Assembly: GCA_905178155.1 (NCBI GenBank)
Contig: CAJINV010000003.1
Location: 11,759,105 to 11,823,104 of the forward strand
Length of the DNA stretch: 64,000 bases
Source of the DNA: Amoebophrya sp. A120
Taxonomy: Eukaryota > Protista > Dinoflagellata
Direction: 5' to 3'
Shown: one piece after another, positions 13,107-25,900 of the stretch
How the letters are laid out: every line of letters starts with the position of its first letter
Position numbering within the stretch: the first letter of the stretch is position 1
The notes under the pieces: model-generated
The model's database searches: none
Told to the model about the DNA's origin: nothing
The model's input: the letters and a program-made list of their open reading frames with translations, nothing else
Program-made: the position numbers and the translations under genes

Positions 13107-15074
13107 CTTGTGGATCTATAATTGGCGACTTCCGGACAAGATTTTTACAATCCTACGAACAGCAAGCAAGCGGAGCGGAGGGACCCAGCACTCCAGATCA
13201 GCTCGGGGCGGCCGCGGCTCTAGTACTCAATTAGTACTTCTTTACGCGCCGGCTGCACGTGCCTTCTTGTCTGGTCATCTTCACTGCACGGAAACTTTTT
13301 TCTTCCTGCACACCCAAGCTTCAAGCCGAAGAAGCGTCGCGACAATACTGCACACGACCCGGCACCTATGTATCAGTACATCTTTTTTGATCCGTGCCGT
13401 TTTGTCTGTCTACTACAACTCCACTCCTACACCTGTCGCTCCACCGCTGCGCAGTATTGAACGCTGGGATGAGAGCATTGATTTGAATCAATGCGCGGGG
13501 CATCAATATCAATTTGATGCACCTACGAAAAAAATCCAACCACCACGGACAGTTGCGATTTGATGCCCTAAATCGTGTTTTATTTCTTTGCATACCAGAA
13601 CCATCAAGCTCAATCACATATTCTTGACCACCCTCCGCTCTCATGCTTGTTTACTCGAAACAAAATGCGTACGCCTCGCTTTTGACGAAGCCACTGCAAC
13701 CAGCTTCATTCGTTTCCTCGATTCTGGGCCTCTTGAAGGTAGACGTAGAGGTACAACCTCGTGGTAGTAATAAAACACCTACAGGAGCACCACGATCCGA
13801 TATTGTCCTAAGCCGTTTTGCAAGCACTGGACAGTCCTCACTCAGAACGACGGCGAAAAAGCGACTGCTCCGAGTTCGAGCACCAAGACCAGAGGGCACA
13901 AGAAACTGTTACGTGCAACGTCTGACCAAGGGCACACGAAATACACGGAGAATGCTGCCACTTTGCTTTGCGAAAAGTACGAAAGGACCCCGGTGAAAAC
14001 GACAAACACGAACGACAGTGCTTTCGATCTTGCAGACCGGCGCGATTGTGAGACAGAATCGAGAACAGCAACTCAATTACGACAGGCATACTAGTACAGC
14101 AAGCGCGCCTGGTGCAACCTTCTTCTTCCCAGGCGCTGCTCAGACAGAAAGCAAATGTTTTTTGTTTTTTCCCAAGGATAAAAGGTTCACAGAAGGGTAA
14201 AGACCGTTGGGGTAAGTATTTCGAAATGTGAAATTCGTGGAAAGTTGCAAAACACCAACGCTTTTTCTTTTTTTCATGTCTTTCTCGTTGGGCTTGGGGG
14301 GGGAAGCAGAAAAAGTGATGTTGTACTACGGGTTGGGTAGCCTGTGGAAGTTATGCTGCTACGTTTCATTCGCTTTTCATTCGCTACGTCCGACTGGCAA
14401 GAAATGCGCGGATTGGTTTGTGTCCTAGAAGCGACGTAAAACGAAAAGAATTACGAATCTTCAAAGAAAGATCGCAGCCGAGAAAAAAACAAATGAATAA
14501 AGCAGCCTTCCAATGTTGGGTTGCAACGAGAAGGGGTGAAAAAGCCGACTTGTCTTGGTAAGGAGTGCGATGCGCTTTTTATGTGTTTCTACGGTCCTTT
14601 GTCGACTGCGAGAGGGATACCATCATGCTCTAGAGGCTTCGAAAAAGACGCAGCTGCGTCTCTTCGCGTCTCGTTCGTCGATATAGAAAGATAGATGCAT
14701 TGCTAGGAATCTTACTGTGTGCTGGAAGTGGGTTTTTGGAAAAAAATGAAAAATAAAAGCTAAAATTTGTGACAGAAAAACGCAGTATAATATTGATCAT
14801 GTGCTCGCTGTTGCGAGAGAGAAATGTCATGCAGAGTTGTTGGCTTTAGTGAAATTTGTATGTAAAAATGCAAAATCAAAAAGTGAAGTTGTTGTAGATT
14901 CTTATATATTCAGATCCAGATGCGTCATGATTACTTACTGAGATGAATAGTGCGGCGTTATAATGTACACGCTTCATGTTTTCCTATTGAGTAGATTTAG
15001 CAAGCAAAGTCAGATATCGTGATTTGTTAAGTTATTTGAAAAGAGGAGGCGTCATGTAAAAGTAAAAGCGTGAG

Positions 15075-15476
15075 TCACGGGCACATATCTGGGTCCCATC
15101 CGAACGTTTTAAACCAGTAAAATGAACCATCTTGATATTCCTGGCACTCGTCGTTGGTGGTTTGCGGTTGTTGGCACGTTTGTACCAAACTCTTCCAGTC
15201 GTCGCTGCAGCATTTGTCGTAGGAAGTTTTTAATTTTTCGTAATTGGTGTCGCACCATTTCACCGACACAAAGGACGCTTTGTCTCGACACCCACGTGCC
15301 GCACGGAGCCATTCGGGGTCGCACCGAAGACGCAGTTTGGACGGATCGATCGACGGATCGAACGTCGTCGTCCGGTACAGACCAACGTCCGGCCGCAAGA
15401 TGCCCCGCAGGGAATCCACTGCTCCCTCAATTGAATCCACTGCTCCCTCAATTGCCAGAACGCGGTCCTCTGTCAT
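15075..15476 (-). CDS. Small Cys/Trp-rich hypothetical protein, possibly the last exon of a gene starting near 16200
   Basis: 133-aa ATG ORF with 8 Cys and a tandem IEGAVDS x2 repeat; no recognised family. Confidence 0.5.
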   Translation of the reverse strand: MTEDRVLAIEGAVDSIEGAVDSLRGILRPDVGLYRTTTFDPSIDPSKLRLRCDPEWLRAARGCRDKASFVSVKWCDTNYEKLKTSYDKCCSDDWKSLVQTCQQPQTTNDECQEYQDGSFYWFKTFGWDPDMCP

Positions 15477-15771
15477 GTTTAAGTTTTCTTCTTGGGCTGG
15501 TCTCGAGGCTAGACACTAGGACAATAAGTAAATCTAAATGAGGTGCGTGAGGGTCGCTCGTGTTTTTATACTTTCACCAGAATCACTACTCTAATACGTC
15601 ACCACTTCATACATGCACCCATTTAAATTCAAAAAAAGCTACCTTCTTGCTGTTCATCATCAGTATCATGAATTCCTAAGAACTTTATATATAGACATAC
15701 GTTTCCAGCTTTGCAGTCGACTTTGCAGTTGACTCCAGTCCGTGTTTCTCTTGTGGTCGACCTCCATCGAC

Positions 15772-16063
15772 TATCAATTGCAAACATGTCTGGGACCGGA
15801 AGGATGCACCACACTTGGCCTTTGGATTTGGAGCTAACGCAAGGAACAAGAAGTGCCGAAGTATGTCTCGCATGAAAAATCAAAAAAGCCACGGCTTTCG
15901 TCCCCAGAAGCGGGCATTTCTCCCGCAGCCTAGGCATGGAAGAGCTTTTGCTCAGAACTTTTTGTTCTCTGCGCGCCTTCCAGACCTTCTGGCAGATCAA
16001 AAAACTGCATGTGCACGACAGATGTGTGCATTCTTCCCGACCCAGACAAATTTGCGGTGCATA
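15772..16063. mobile_element. Introner family A
   Basis: TIR pair, TSD TCGAC/TCAAC. Confidence 0.85.
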
Positions 16064-17150
16064 TCAACGCCGAAGATCCGGCCAACTCACTCCCGCTCCA
16101 TTGGTGGGTTGCGCCCGTCGTCACCTTCTTGTTCTTCTGCGCCGCGAACACCCCCCCCACTGAGGGCGGTAACAGCGGTAAGATTTTTCGCACCCTTTGT
16201 CATTTTTTCACGAAAGGGGCAGACAAGGTGTCTACTGGTAAGAAAACCGGCTGTGTGTAGTTTGTGAAACCTTCTGGTGAGAAAACCTCCTGTTCTACTT
16301 TTGGCCGGTTTGGTGGAAACAAAAAAAGCGGGGATCTGTTGCAGTTCGTTGTCTAATGAGGAAGAGGATGAAGAAATATGGTGCAATCTTTTTGTCGACA
16401 AGTTTTGACGTAGTCCACCTACTTATAGGTTTCATTTACGTTTCCACGTGACGTAGAGAAAGAAGAAAACGATTTTTCAGATCACAATACTAACAGCACG
16501 ATTGTTGCGTCACACGATTACGCACGAGAAAGTCTTTCGGTCTTACGACCAAAAGAAGTAATACAAAGCTGCGCGAGCTTTTGCTTTGGTTCCCGCCCAT
16601 CGCACGCACTGCCTTGGTTCTTGCACGATGACGCCACGAAAATTGAACGAACTGCGAAGGTTTGTCAGTATGTCCAGCGGTACTCGTCGTCCATACGAAG
16701 TTCTTATTACACAGGAACACAGGCCGTGATCGGTGAAGTATCCTATCAAAACGCGTGCCCTTCTCCGCGAACAGCACAAAAAAGAAAAAGAAATGCTCGA
16801 TGTCAGACGTCCTTCTAGTGAGTGACGAAAACTATGTTCTCACGGTCACGTGTTGTGTTCTGCACAATCAAAGGTACGTAGTTGCTGAGAACTTTTTTGT
16901 CTTACGCAAACTAGATCTTCACAGCGATGAGGGCGAGGCATGTAGTACATGCAGGACGATGTTCTCGTAGATTATAGTAGCTCCATCCGAAGTACTAACT
17001 GCTGATCCGGTGGAACTATTGAAATGCGTTGGCATTTCATCTTTCTCTAGCGACCTCGACCGCCAGCGAGGCTGCTCAAGAAGCACAAATGAGCAAGCTC
17101 TTCGCTCAAGTTTCTTCAGTAACAGTACGTAAGTGGTCAAACAATTCCCT

Positions 17151-19143
17151 TCATCCCCACTGCACGTTCACTGCGTTACCTTCTTGATGGAGTTCCCACA
17201 GCGGGCTCATGTCGCGCAGCTTCGTGACCGCAGACACGATCGCGTCAACCGCGTTGTCGATTTCCTCCACGGTTGTGAAGCGACCGATGCCGAACCGCAA
17301 GCTGGTGTGCGCCAGGTCCTCGGACACGCCGAGTGCGCGGAGCACGTAGCTCGGCTCCAAGCTCGCCGACGTGCATGCGGAGCCGGACGAAACGCTGATG
17401 GCCTTGCTCAGCGACATGAGGAGGGACTCCCCCTCAACGCACGCAAAGGACAGGTTCAAGTTACCGGGGTACCGCTCCGACAAACTCCCGTTCAGCTCGA
17501 CCTGTGAGAAGTGAAAAAAATAGGGTGGTAAAAGTTGTGCGTAAAATAATTCTGCATAGAAGAATCTTGCAAATTAGAGGGCAGTCTTTATCCAGAAAGG
17601 TTTTCAACATCACTCACCAACCTATGAGTCGGAGGTAAAAGAGGTGGAGATCACTACCGCTTTTTCTTTTTGCATTGCGAAAATATGCGGGCAGAATTTT
17701 CGACGAGAGTGTTTTTCAAGAAACCCAAATATTTCTCAGAAGTACCGCATCGAGCTGGTCCGTGAGTCGCTTGTGCATGTAATTTGCCAACTGCTCGACG
17801 TGTCGCTTGTCGTTTTCCATTTCGCGCTCCGCGAGGTCGCAGGCGGCCCCCAACCCCACGCACAGGTGGGGCGGCAGGGTGCCGCTGCGGGTCCCGAACT
17901 CCTGCCCGCCGCCGTCGATCTGCGGACGCAGGCGGACGCGGCGCGGGGCGCCCTTCCGCACGTAGAGCGCGCCGATGCCCTTGGGCCCGTAGATTTTGTG
18001 GCCGGAGATGGAGAGCAGATCGATGTTCATTTTGTCCACGTCAATTGGCACCTTCCCGATGGCCTGGGCCGCGTCGGTGTGAAACAGCACGTCGTTTGCG
18101 CGGCAGATTTTTCCGATCTCCGCGATGTTCTGCATGACGCCAATCTCGTTGTTGATGTGCATCACGGACACGATGCCCGTGTCCGGGCGGATCGCGGCGT
18201 GCAGCTGCGCCAGGTCGACCAGCCCGTCCTTGCCCACGGGGAGGTAGGTCACCTCCCAGGGGTCCACCGGGAGCTTGCTCAGCTCGATGCACGAGGCGAG
18301 CACGCACTTGTGCTCGATCTCCGTGGTGATGATGTGTCGCTTCTTCTTCGCGGAGGCCAGGTAGCCCGCGGCGCCCTTGATCGCCAGGTTGTTGCTCTCG
18401 GTGGCGCCGGAGGTGAAGATGATCTCCTTCTTGCCCGGCCGGGCGCCGATCAGCTTCGCGATCTGTTCCCGCGCCCGCTCGGTCGCGGCTTCGGAGTCCC
18501 ACCCGTACGCGTGGGACCGGGAGTGCGGGTTGCCGTACCGCCCGGTCAGGTAGGGAAGCATGGCGTCCAGCACCCGGGGGTCCACGGGCGTGGTGGCCTG
18601 GTAATCCAGGTACGCCGGTCGGTGCGTCTCGTTTAACAGGGGAGATGGGCTGCTGGTCGTGTTAGCTGCTGCAGCAGCAGCTTCGGGGACGGTCGCGGCC
18701 GCTGCGGCGGCCGTGGAAAAGGGATTTACTCTTTGATGTTGGCCGTTATTTGAAGGGTGAAGTAAATGGCTGGCGCCGCTACTGCTGCGCTGAAATGCAG
18801 TGCTCGAGGAGGTCAGTTTTGCTCCTCTTGCTGCTCCAACTAGTCCACTACTGGTGCTCATCATCCTGCTGTGAAAATGAGTTCTCGTTGGCCCTGCTGT
18901 TCCTGTTGCTGCACCAAAAGCAGAATCTCCACGACCCACCAGGGCAACATTATTGCTCGTCGCTGATGCACCACCATTTGCATCTCGTCCGAGGACCTTG
19001 TTTGGATTACTAGTCTGAGAACTGACGTGTCTGCAAGCCGATCCTGCTGCGGCTCCAGAAGACGACAGCAGTCTCCCGGCGGTCGAGCTGGCAGACGAAC
19101 GCCCGCGACCGAGCGCGCTGACTGCTCTGCTTGCGAGGGACAT
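17151..19143 (-). CDS. NFS1: Mitochondrial cysteine desulfurase (IscS/NFS1), 2 exons (17746-19143, 17151-17501)
   Basis: Motifs [45 protein letters not shown] and SSGSACTS; canonical GT-AG intron 17502-17745; long S/A/R-rich N-terminal presequence. Confidence 0.96.
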
Positions 19144-20426
19144 ACTTAGAGGTTGTACTATGAAATGTGTTTTCAAATTGTTCAGGAACAATCTAAAATA
19201 AATCGAAGTATGGAAAAATAGACACTGAGAGAGTCGTTGTGGTAGCAGAAAATCAGGGTCGTTGATTGAATACTCAAAACGAGGAGGTGGGTCGAATAGT
19301 CAAAACGAGTACGAAGTGAAATAGTGTCGCTAGGGTAGACGGAGGTCAGGAGATCTTCGTAAGTAGCAATCGGGTTTGTGATCAAGTCACTGCCACTGGG
19401 AGGAGGATGAAATAAGCAGAGCTATTGGGAAATGCAGCTACTTAGATGAGGTCCGTCTACTTCCGAGTCCTGACTAAGATTCGATTGATGTGAACTTCGC
19501 TAGCCTCCTTCTACTTCGAAAGTAGGTACTTGAGTGCTGAAACGAGGTCTCTATTTATTCGTTTCGAGAGTGAGCAATCTCAATGCCTGCGCCAAAAAAA
19601 AGGACCTCTTCAAACCGAACGTGTCTTTTACCGTTGATACAGATTTTGGATCGGAACGCGCAACAAGTCACGCCGCTCTTAAACTTGTTCTTCTGTTTTT
19701 CTTTTCTCATACAGGTCGTCGAGTAGCTAGTGCAACATTGATTCTGGAACTGAATTCAATAAATCTGAATTTTTTTACCGCTTGCAAAAGCAGATCCCAA
19801 TTGCAGGCCGTTGTCAAAACATATTGCTGACAAAACGTGTCCTTAGATCTCTTTCTTGTTGACGAACTTTGACGTTCCTCGTTGAACACATTCATCTGCG
19901 GCCTCAAATCACGATTCGTAATCAGGCCAAATCAACAAGAAGGCCTTTGCAACGTGATAAAACTTTTGCGATACTGCAACGCTTTATTTTTTATTTCTTC
20001 CTATTTTTCATAATTTTTCTCTTTCTTTCATTCACAAAGCAGCATTTATTTTCTCTACCACACCAGTGCTTAGTACTTGATCCGCTGTTTCGTAGATATC
20101 CACTGCCTTTTCAAACTCCGTCTCTTGCGGCTGCCACACCCCTGCCTTGTAGCTGGTATGCAAGTCGGGCAATTGTTGGTGCCGGCGGCGGGGCATGATT
20201 TAAGATCTTCGCTAGCATAGAAAAAAGCATGTAGTGCTGCTGATGCTCTTTTGAAAGAATCGTTGTTCCTGCGTAGTACTGTACTTATGCAGATGACCAC
20301 AGTTCTTGCATGCACAACCTTGAAGAACCTTGACCCTCTCCAGGACGAGGACAAATATAACTTAGATATTTTGTCGCGCCGTGATAAGTCCTACTGGCTT
20401 CTCGCCGCGTCCGCTGCCACAAAATT

Positions 20427-21400
20427 CTATTCTATTGCGTACTTTTCAATTTCCTCCTGCACGAGCTCGTCCCGCTCCCTCCTCGACATGCCGCTAGCCC
20501 CGTCGAAGTACGGCAGGATCTCCTTGATAAACGCCAACACGCCCTTCACGCGGTTTGCACTCGGGCAGCACGACGCATTCGCGGCCTGTGCTCCAGGAAG
20601 GAGCAGGAAAGCCTTTCCGCGCAACTCCTTTTTTCCACCGCTTGCTGAGGGGTCGAACGCACTCTGCCCTGTCGCAAAATCCTTCGTGAGCACCACCGCC
20701 GCGCTGTTCACGTCGTCTGTGTTTGGTTTTGATGTTGTATTCTCATCTTCTAGGGTCGAACGCCGATGAACAACATTTCTGAACATACTCAATGAGTTTC
20801 TAGTTTAACAGGGAAACGAGTTATCTGAGCAAGAAAACAGGCGAAGTATAGTACCTTGCTTCGCCACGTGCTTCTCCTCTCCTTTCTCGCAATCGCAGCT
20901 TCTATATGCAATGCAAATACTAGTAGAAGCTTGCATGATTGGGGGAATCGCACAGCACGTCGCATTATAAAACATGACACCCCAAGAACGGTCCTGGAAA
21001 TACAAATAGTACTTTTCTCTCACACACATTTAGAAATTGAAATCCGGATAAGTAAACTAGAGACAGTAATGGTCTGCACGTAATCGCCAAACACACGCCA
21101 AAAATCATATTCGCAGTGCATAGTTCGCACGTGTCCGGTACCGCTTTCGTGGCGAGCGCCATGTCCAGCCAGAGCTCCGCCTTTGGGTTCTCCCACAATT
21201 CTTCGAGAAAGGGGCTGTAGAGTAAATGCGTGCACTTCTGCTCTTCTTGTATAAACGTTTTCGCCGCGCTTTCGCTCTCAAAAACCAAATTCCGTAGCGG
21301 GTTCTCCAGTCCATCGATGCTGGTGCTTCGCGTGGGGTTGGCGGAAATTTCCAACACGAGAAACATGGCTGCTTGTTGAAGAGCACGACGTAGGTGCAAT
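20427..21400 (-). CDS. Hypothetical protein, multi-exon (limits uncertain)
   Basis: GC-rich protein-like ORF segments 20427-20790 and 21080-21370. Confidence 0.4.
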
Positions 21401-22611
21401 TGTACAGTGGCGCCGTCGCGAGCGCAACAAGTGATGTTGGTGGAGAAGCAACCACTGCTGTTGCAGCAGCTTCTAACCCCTGGACAACGGTCGTCGTGCA
21501 GTAGGTACTACGAGTACGTAGTACTAGTACTTCTTGTGCACCATCTTCCTTTACTCTTCAAGAGCCACGGGAACGGTATCTTGACCGTAGGAAAATGAAT
21601 CAGAATTTTTGCACCACTACAACTCTGACTCTCGTTGCACTCGAAAAAGTGATCAAGGTCGTACTTGATCCCTCCTTGGAGAAAAGAAAAAGACTTTGCT
21701 TTGGCAGGTGCTACTACTATCCAGATCAAAATGAAATAAAATCCAAAGCGAGGGATCACGTGAAGAAGATCTCTTGTAAAAAATGACCTGGACCTTTGTA
21801 AAGGAAACATGTCTATATGTTCTTCCCTCCTGATCGACGTCGCGATGACTAGTACTAAAGTGTGATCTCGTGTCTACCTCTACTCCATCAACTCACTTAG
21901 TTGTTCTACTGCTATACCTGCTGCGCCGCACGCACGGCGTGCCAGTCCATAAAAATTCTCGAAAAGACGGTGGTGCTGCTAAAAAGTACTCACACGGGTG
22001 CAGACTGTATGTAACAGCACAGAGAACTACTTCGAGTTCGGCGAGGACCTGTGGAGCCGTCATTTTTATTTGTGTATCGGTACAGGTATGTTCATGTTGC
22101 TCTGCATGTAGTCGGGGAATTGTACAAGTGCACACATCATACTATGGTAATAATATCCATTGACATGTAGGAGCCGTGCGATGCTGCCGCATGTCCATGT
22201 GCAGGCATTCCTACATGTCTTTTGTCTGCTACACATACTATGGCATTCTTCCTACACCAAGACCAACCATTTTGTGCTATAAAGCAAAGCGTGACCACAA
22301 AAATCCTAATTTTACAAGTCTGTACCGGGAAAATAACTCGATGATTGTCCGTACTGTAACTCAACTCTTATATTCTTGTCAAACAATGTTTGATGTCCAA
22401 AGATGAAACTTGATACTGTAGTCCATTAGCTTTTCCATTTCGATTCATTTCTGATACCAGCAAGCATAACGTCGACGTGTACTGACCAAGTACAACATGA
22501 TTCGGCTCAATGCTGATGGATTATATCCTGTTTTCCTTCGTCCCGGAATTTTTTATCCGGATAGGATACTGTACTGGTATACTTAATCTTCCCGCCGTCC
22601 ACCTCTCTGCC

Positions 22612-22916
22612 TATTACAATGAAAAGTGCCCCCACCCCCGAATTCGCAAAAGTTTCTCATGCAAAGTTTCCAAATGAAAGGTTTTTGTCTTGCATGAAAG
22701 GAGCGCAAGCATTTCTGATGCAGAATCTAGGTGCGCAAGGTATCTGTTGCATCAGGGATCCGCCTGTTGTTGGGCTCCTTTGCATCACAAATTTTCGCTA
22801 TTCAGCATGGGAAATTTGTGATGCTGATAGATGCAAGAGGGCGAGTGTTTCATTTGGAAAGGTTTGCAATACAAATCCTTTCAAGTTCGGGGGTGGGGGC
22901 ATTTTTCCTTACGATA
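22612..22916. mobile_element. Introner family B, apparently in a 3' UTR
   Basis: B TIRs, perfect TSD CTGCC; lies about 10 nt downstream of the TGA at 22926-22928. Confidence 0.9.
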
Positions 22917-22925
22917 CTGCCGCAC

Positions 22926-25900
22926 TCAGTGTCTCTTCGGCGACCGTGTCGGACTCAACGGGAGCCCGCCCATCCGTTTCCGAGCGGGTGACGCGTCCAG
23001 GCTGGGAAATCCGGAGGACTGATCGAAGAACTGGGTGGAATTTGGGTTGCTCAGCGGCGAGAAAAACTCGTCCCGGTTGCTTATCGTACCGGACATGGTG
23101 CTCTGGTTGTGTCTCGAGTTGTCCATGGAGGGTAACAGCATGGTCCCCGCACTAGTCCCCGGTCGCTGCGTCGGGCTCTGCATCAGCGAGTTTCCGCTGT
23201 TTCTCAGCTGCGTTGGACTGCTCGCCCAGGCCAAGCTCGCGTTTCCCCCCTGCGTCCTGGGTCGGCTCGCGGAACTCCCCGCCGGCGATTGCGAGGTGCG
23301 CGGTCTCAACGTGCATGGGCTGCTGTTATACCTAGCGTATCAAATCATAGGACAGTGGAGAAGTTTCTATGTAGTCTGGCGGGTGTTGTTTGTAGTCCTC
23401 TTCAACATGCATATATCATTTGTTTTTCTTTTGATGTTTCTCCACCTCTATTCTCACATATCATTTTTTTTTGAAAGTACCCGAATCAACCGCTCATGTG
23501 TTTCGTCGTGCAATATAAAAACCGAGCCAACGGACCACGACAAACACGTATTCGTCGAAAAAAAAAAACAATACTATTTTTGTAGTATACCGTGGTGAGT
23601 CCAGGTTCTTGGAGCTGATGCCGTGGACGTTGTTATCGATTGCCAAGTGGGTCTGCTTGATGTATCGCTTGATTAAGTTGAAGAGCTGCGGGTCGTCAAA
23701 CGGTTCGCCGCAGATAATCAGCTGTATGTCGTAGTCGGCGAGCTCGGTCTTGCTTTGCACACTATTGAAACCGCCACCAAGTGCAATACTGTGCAGCTGT
23801 GCGGCGGATTGCGTTGCTGTAGATAGAACATTGTTGTTGAAGAGTTCCTTTTTTGAATAAACATCGTCTTTATTTGTGCAACAACCAAGTCTTATCAAAC
23901 AACTCACTTGGCGTTGGCAGAAGTATCTATTGCATTATTTTTATTGCACACTTATAAGAGAAACGATAATGAAATCAAAAAAACAGTACCAAGCACTTGC
24001 GGCATGCGTTTTGGGAGGCCGGACAGGGCAATTCCCCGCTCGTCCACCGGAGTGATGGTGGCTTTGATGATATCGATCGTCATGGTGATTGCTCCTTTCT
24101 CGTCTATCTGCTGCTTCAAAAGCTCTGTTTTCACGAAGTTGGGCCAGTTTATGACGCCCTTTCGGCACCACCAGTATTGCTCGCAGAATTCGTCTGTGCG
24201 GGGGCCGACCTGGGTCGTGTTTGATGGTACATAATTTTTGTCAACAGCATGCGGATATTAACGGGTAAGTACTATACAGTCAACAGCAGGACCAGTACTA
24301 GTACAAACATGTACTACACATTTGTCCGTGACAAATCGTCGTGAAACAACAAGCTCACTCTGTACCCACAAGTTGTTGCCAAATATGACCCTCCACTTGA
24401 CCGAGACTTTGCACCTGCTCTGCATGGTTGGAATCCTCAGTTTGACCGCGGACCAGCCGGGGAACGAGTTCTCCACGCCGTTTGGGTACCACTCCACCTG
24501 CATGCCCCGCAGCCCCCAGAGGGTGAACTCCTGACTCATGCACGGACTATGGATGTGTCAGAGTTGAAATCGACGAAGTTGAAATGATTTGTCATGCATA
24601 GAATGGATGCCAGTTGGAACCCAGTTTCCAACTGGCGCATGACAAATCTCGGTGGTCCCTAAGTCTAGTTTGTCATGCTGTTTAGGCAAAGAAGAGCGAT
24701 TTTCTCATGCTACTTTAGCAGCTCGAGCTGTAACCACAAACAGGCTTACAATCGGCCTCCCTTGCCTGCTCTGCAACACACGTGCCTCGGGTCATGCATT
24801 TTATGCATTACAAATTATTTCAACTTTGACGATTTCAAACCTGACACTCCCATACGGACGGTCCTTTGCGTAATCCGCGATTTTTTCCTCGAGCTTCGTG
24901 ATTTTCCATTTAAACGTCCGCGCGTCGTGGCCTTGCGTCGTCCTGCCGGGGATTGGTATGCCGTAGTCGTCGAATATCCTGTAGGCCTCTTCAAGCAAGT
25001 ATGCGACAAAAAAAAAGAAGCGAAAAACAACAGTGAATCTATCGTCCTTACTTGCTACTTCTGCACATGCACCGGTTGTAATCATACAAATAGAAGAAGG
25101 AGAGGGAGACGCACTGGCATGCGTACTTCTGATAGTCGCATGACAAAAAACAAACGCACTGCTGTCCCTCCTCACATGGAGAAAGGCGGGCTGCAAAAAT
25201 CGTTGTTACACTCCTTTTTTTCCAATGACATAACGACTTAGCGAGCACCTCCATGTCTTCTTTTAATTTCGCCAGCTCCTCCGCTTGCTTACCTGTTTAT
25301 TTTCATCGGTCTTTCATGAAGAGTTCCTTGTCATGCAACACCTGCATGCACTCGCGCTCGCCACTTTATATATTGTCATCGTGCGTAACTTAAGTTCTAG
25401 TCAGCGCTCCCGCTAATAAACTGAAAATCTTCTAATAAGAAAGAAAAATACGCTGCAGCTCGGCCTCCTCGGCTTGCCTCTTGCGCTCCTCTGCGGCCTT
25501 GGCGGCTGTGGAATAAGAGAAACAAAAGATTGATACAATCGACGCAAAACAAGGGCTGATTGCATCAGCGTCGACAGGACACGACGCTGCAGCGTCCTGC
25601 GACGAAATGCAGCGACAGATTTGGTCTAGGGAAACAACAAGAACTCGTCAAAGCAGTCGTGTGTACAGATTGGATATAGAGAAGGCGAAGAAAACTTTTG
25701 GAAAAAACAAACGAACCGGCGGCCTCCCGCTCTCGGCGCTCCTCCTCCCGCTTCTTCTTTTCTTCGGCGGCTTTAGTGTGATTGGAATAAACTGGAAACT
25801 TGCGATGCGTAGTTGTAAAACGGGATCGAAAGCGTGATTTGTGATGCGTGAGGCTAGCGCTAAGGCGCCGTCGAGAGTCTAGGAGTCTGACTTTCTACGT

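Noticed and set aside
13643-13745. Copia-like RNase H tail (QNAYASLLTKPL...LGLL) on the plus strand
   Set aside because: Short, weak resemblance only, with no LTR, RT or integrase context seen. An HMM search would be needed.
17644-18636. Long plus-strand ORFs (also 34679-35539, 36989-37855 and 29159-29857)
   Set aside because: They are antisense shadows of GC-rich minus-strand coding exons.
25000-25240. Candidate element with GCAAG/GCGAG flanks
   Set aside because: The TIR is unconvincing and TSD-based removal creates a stop in the likely frame.
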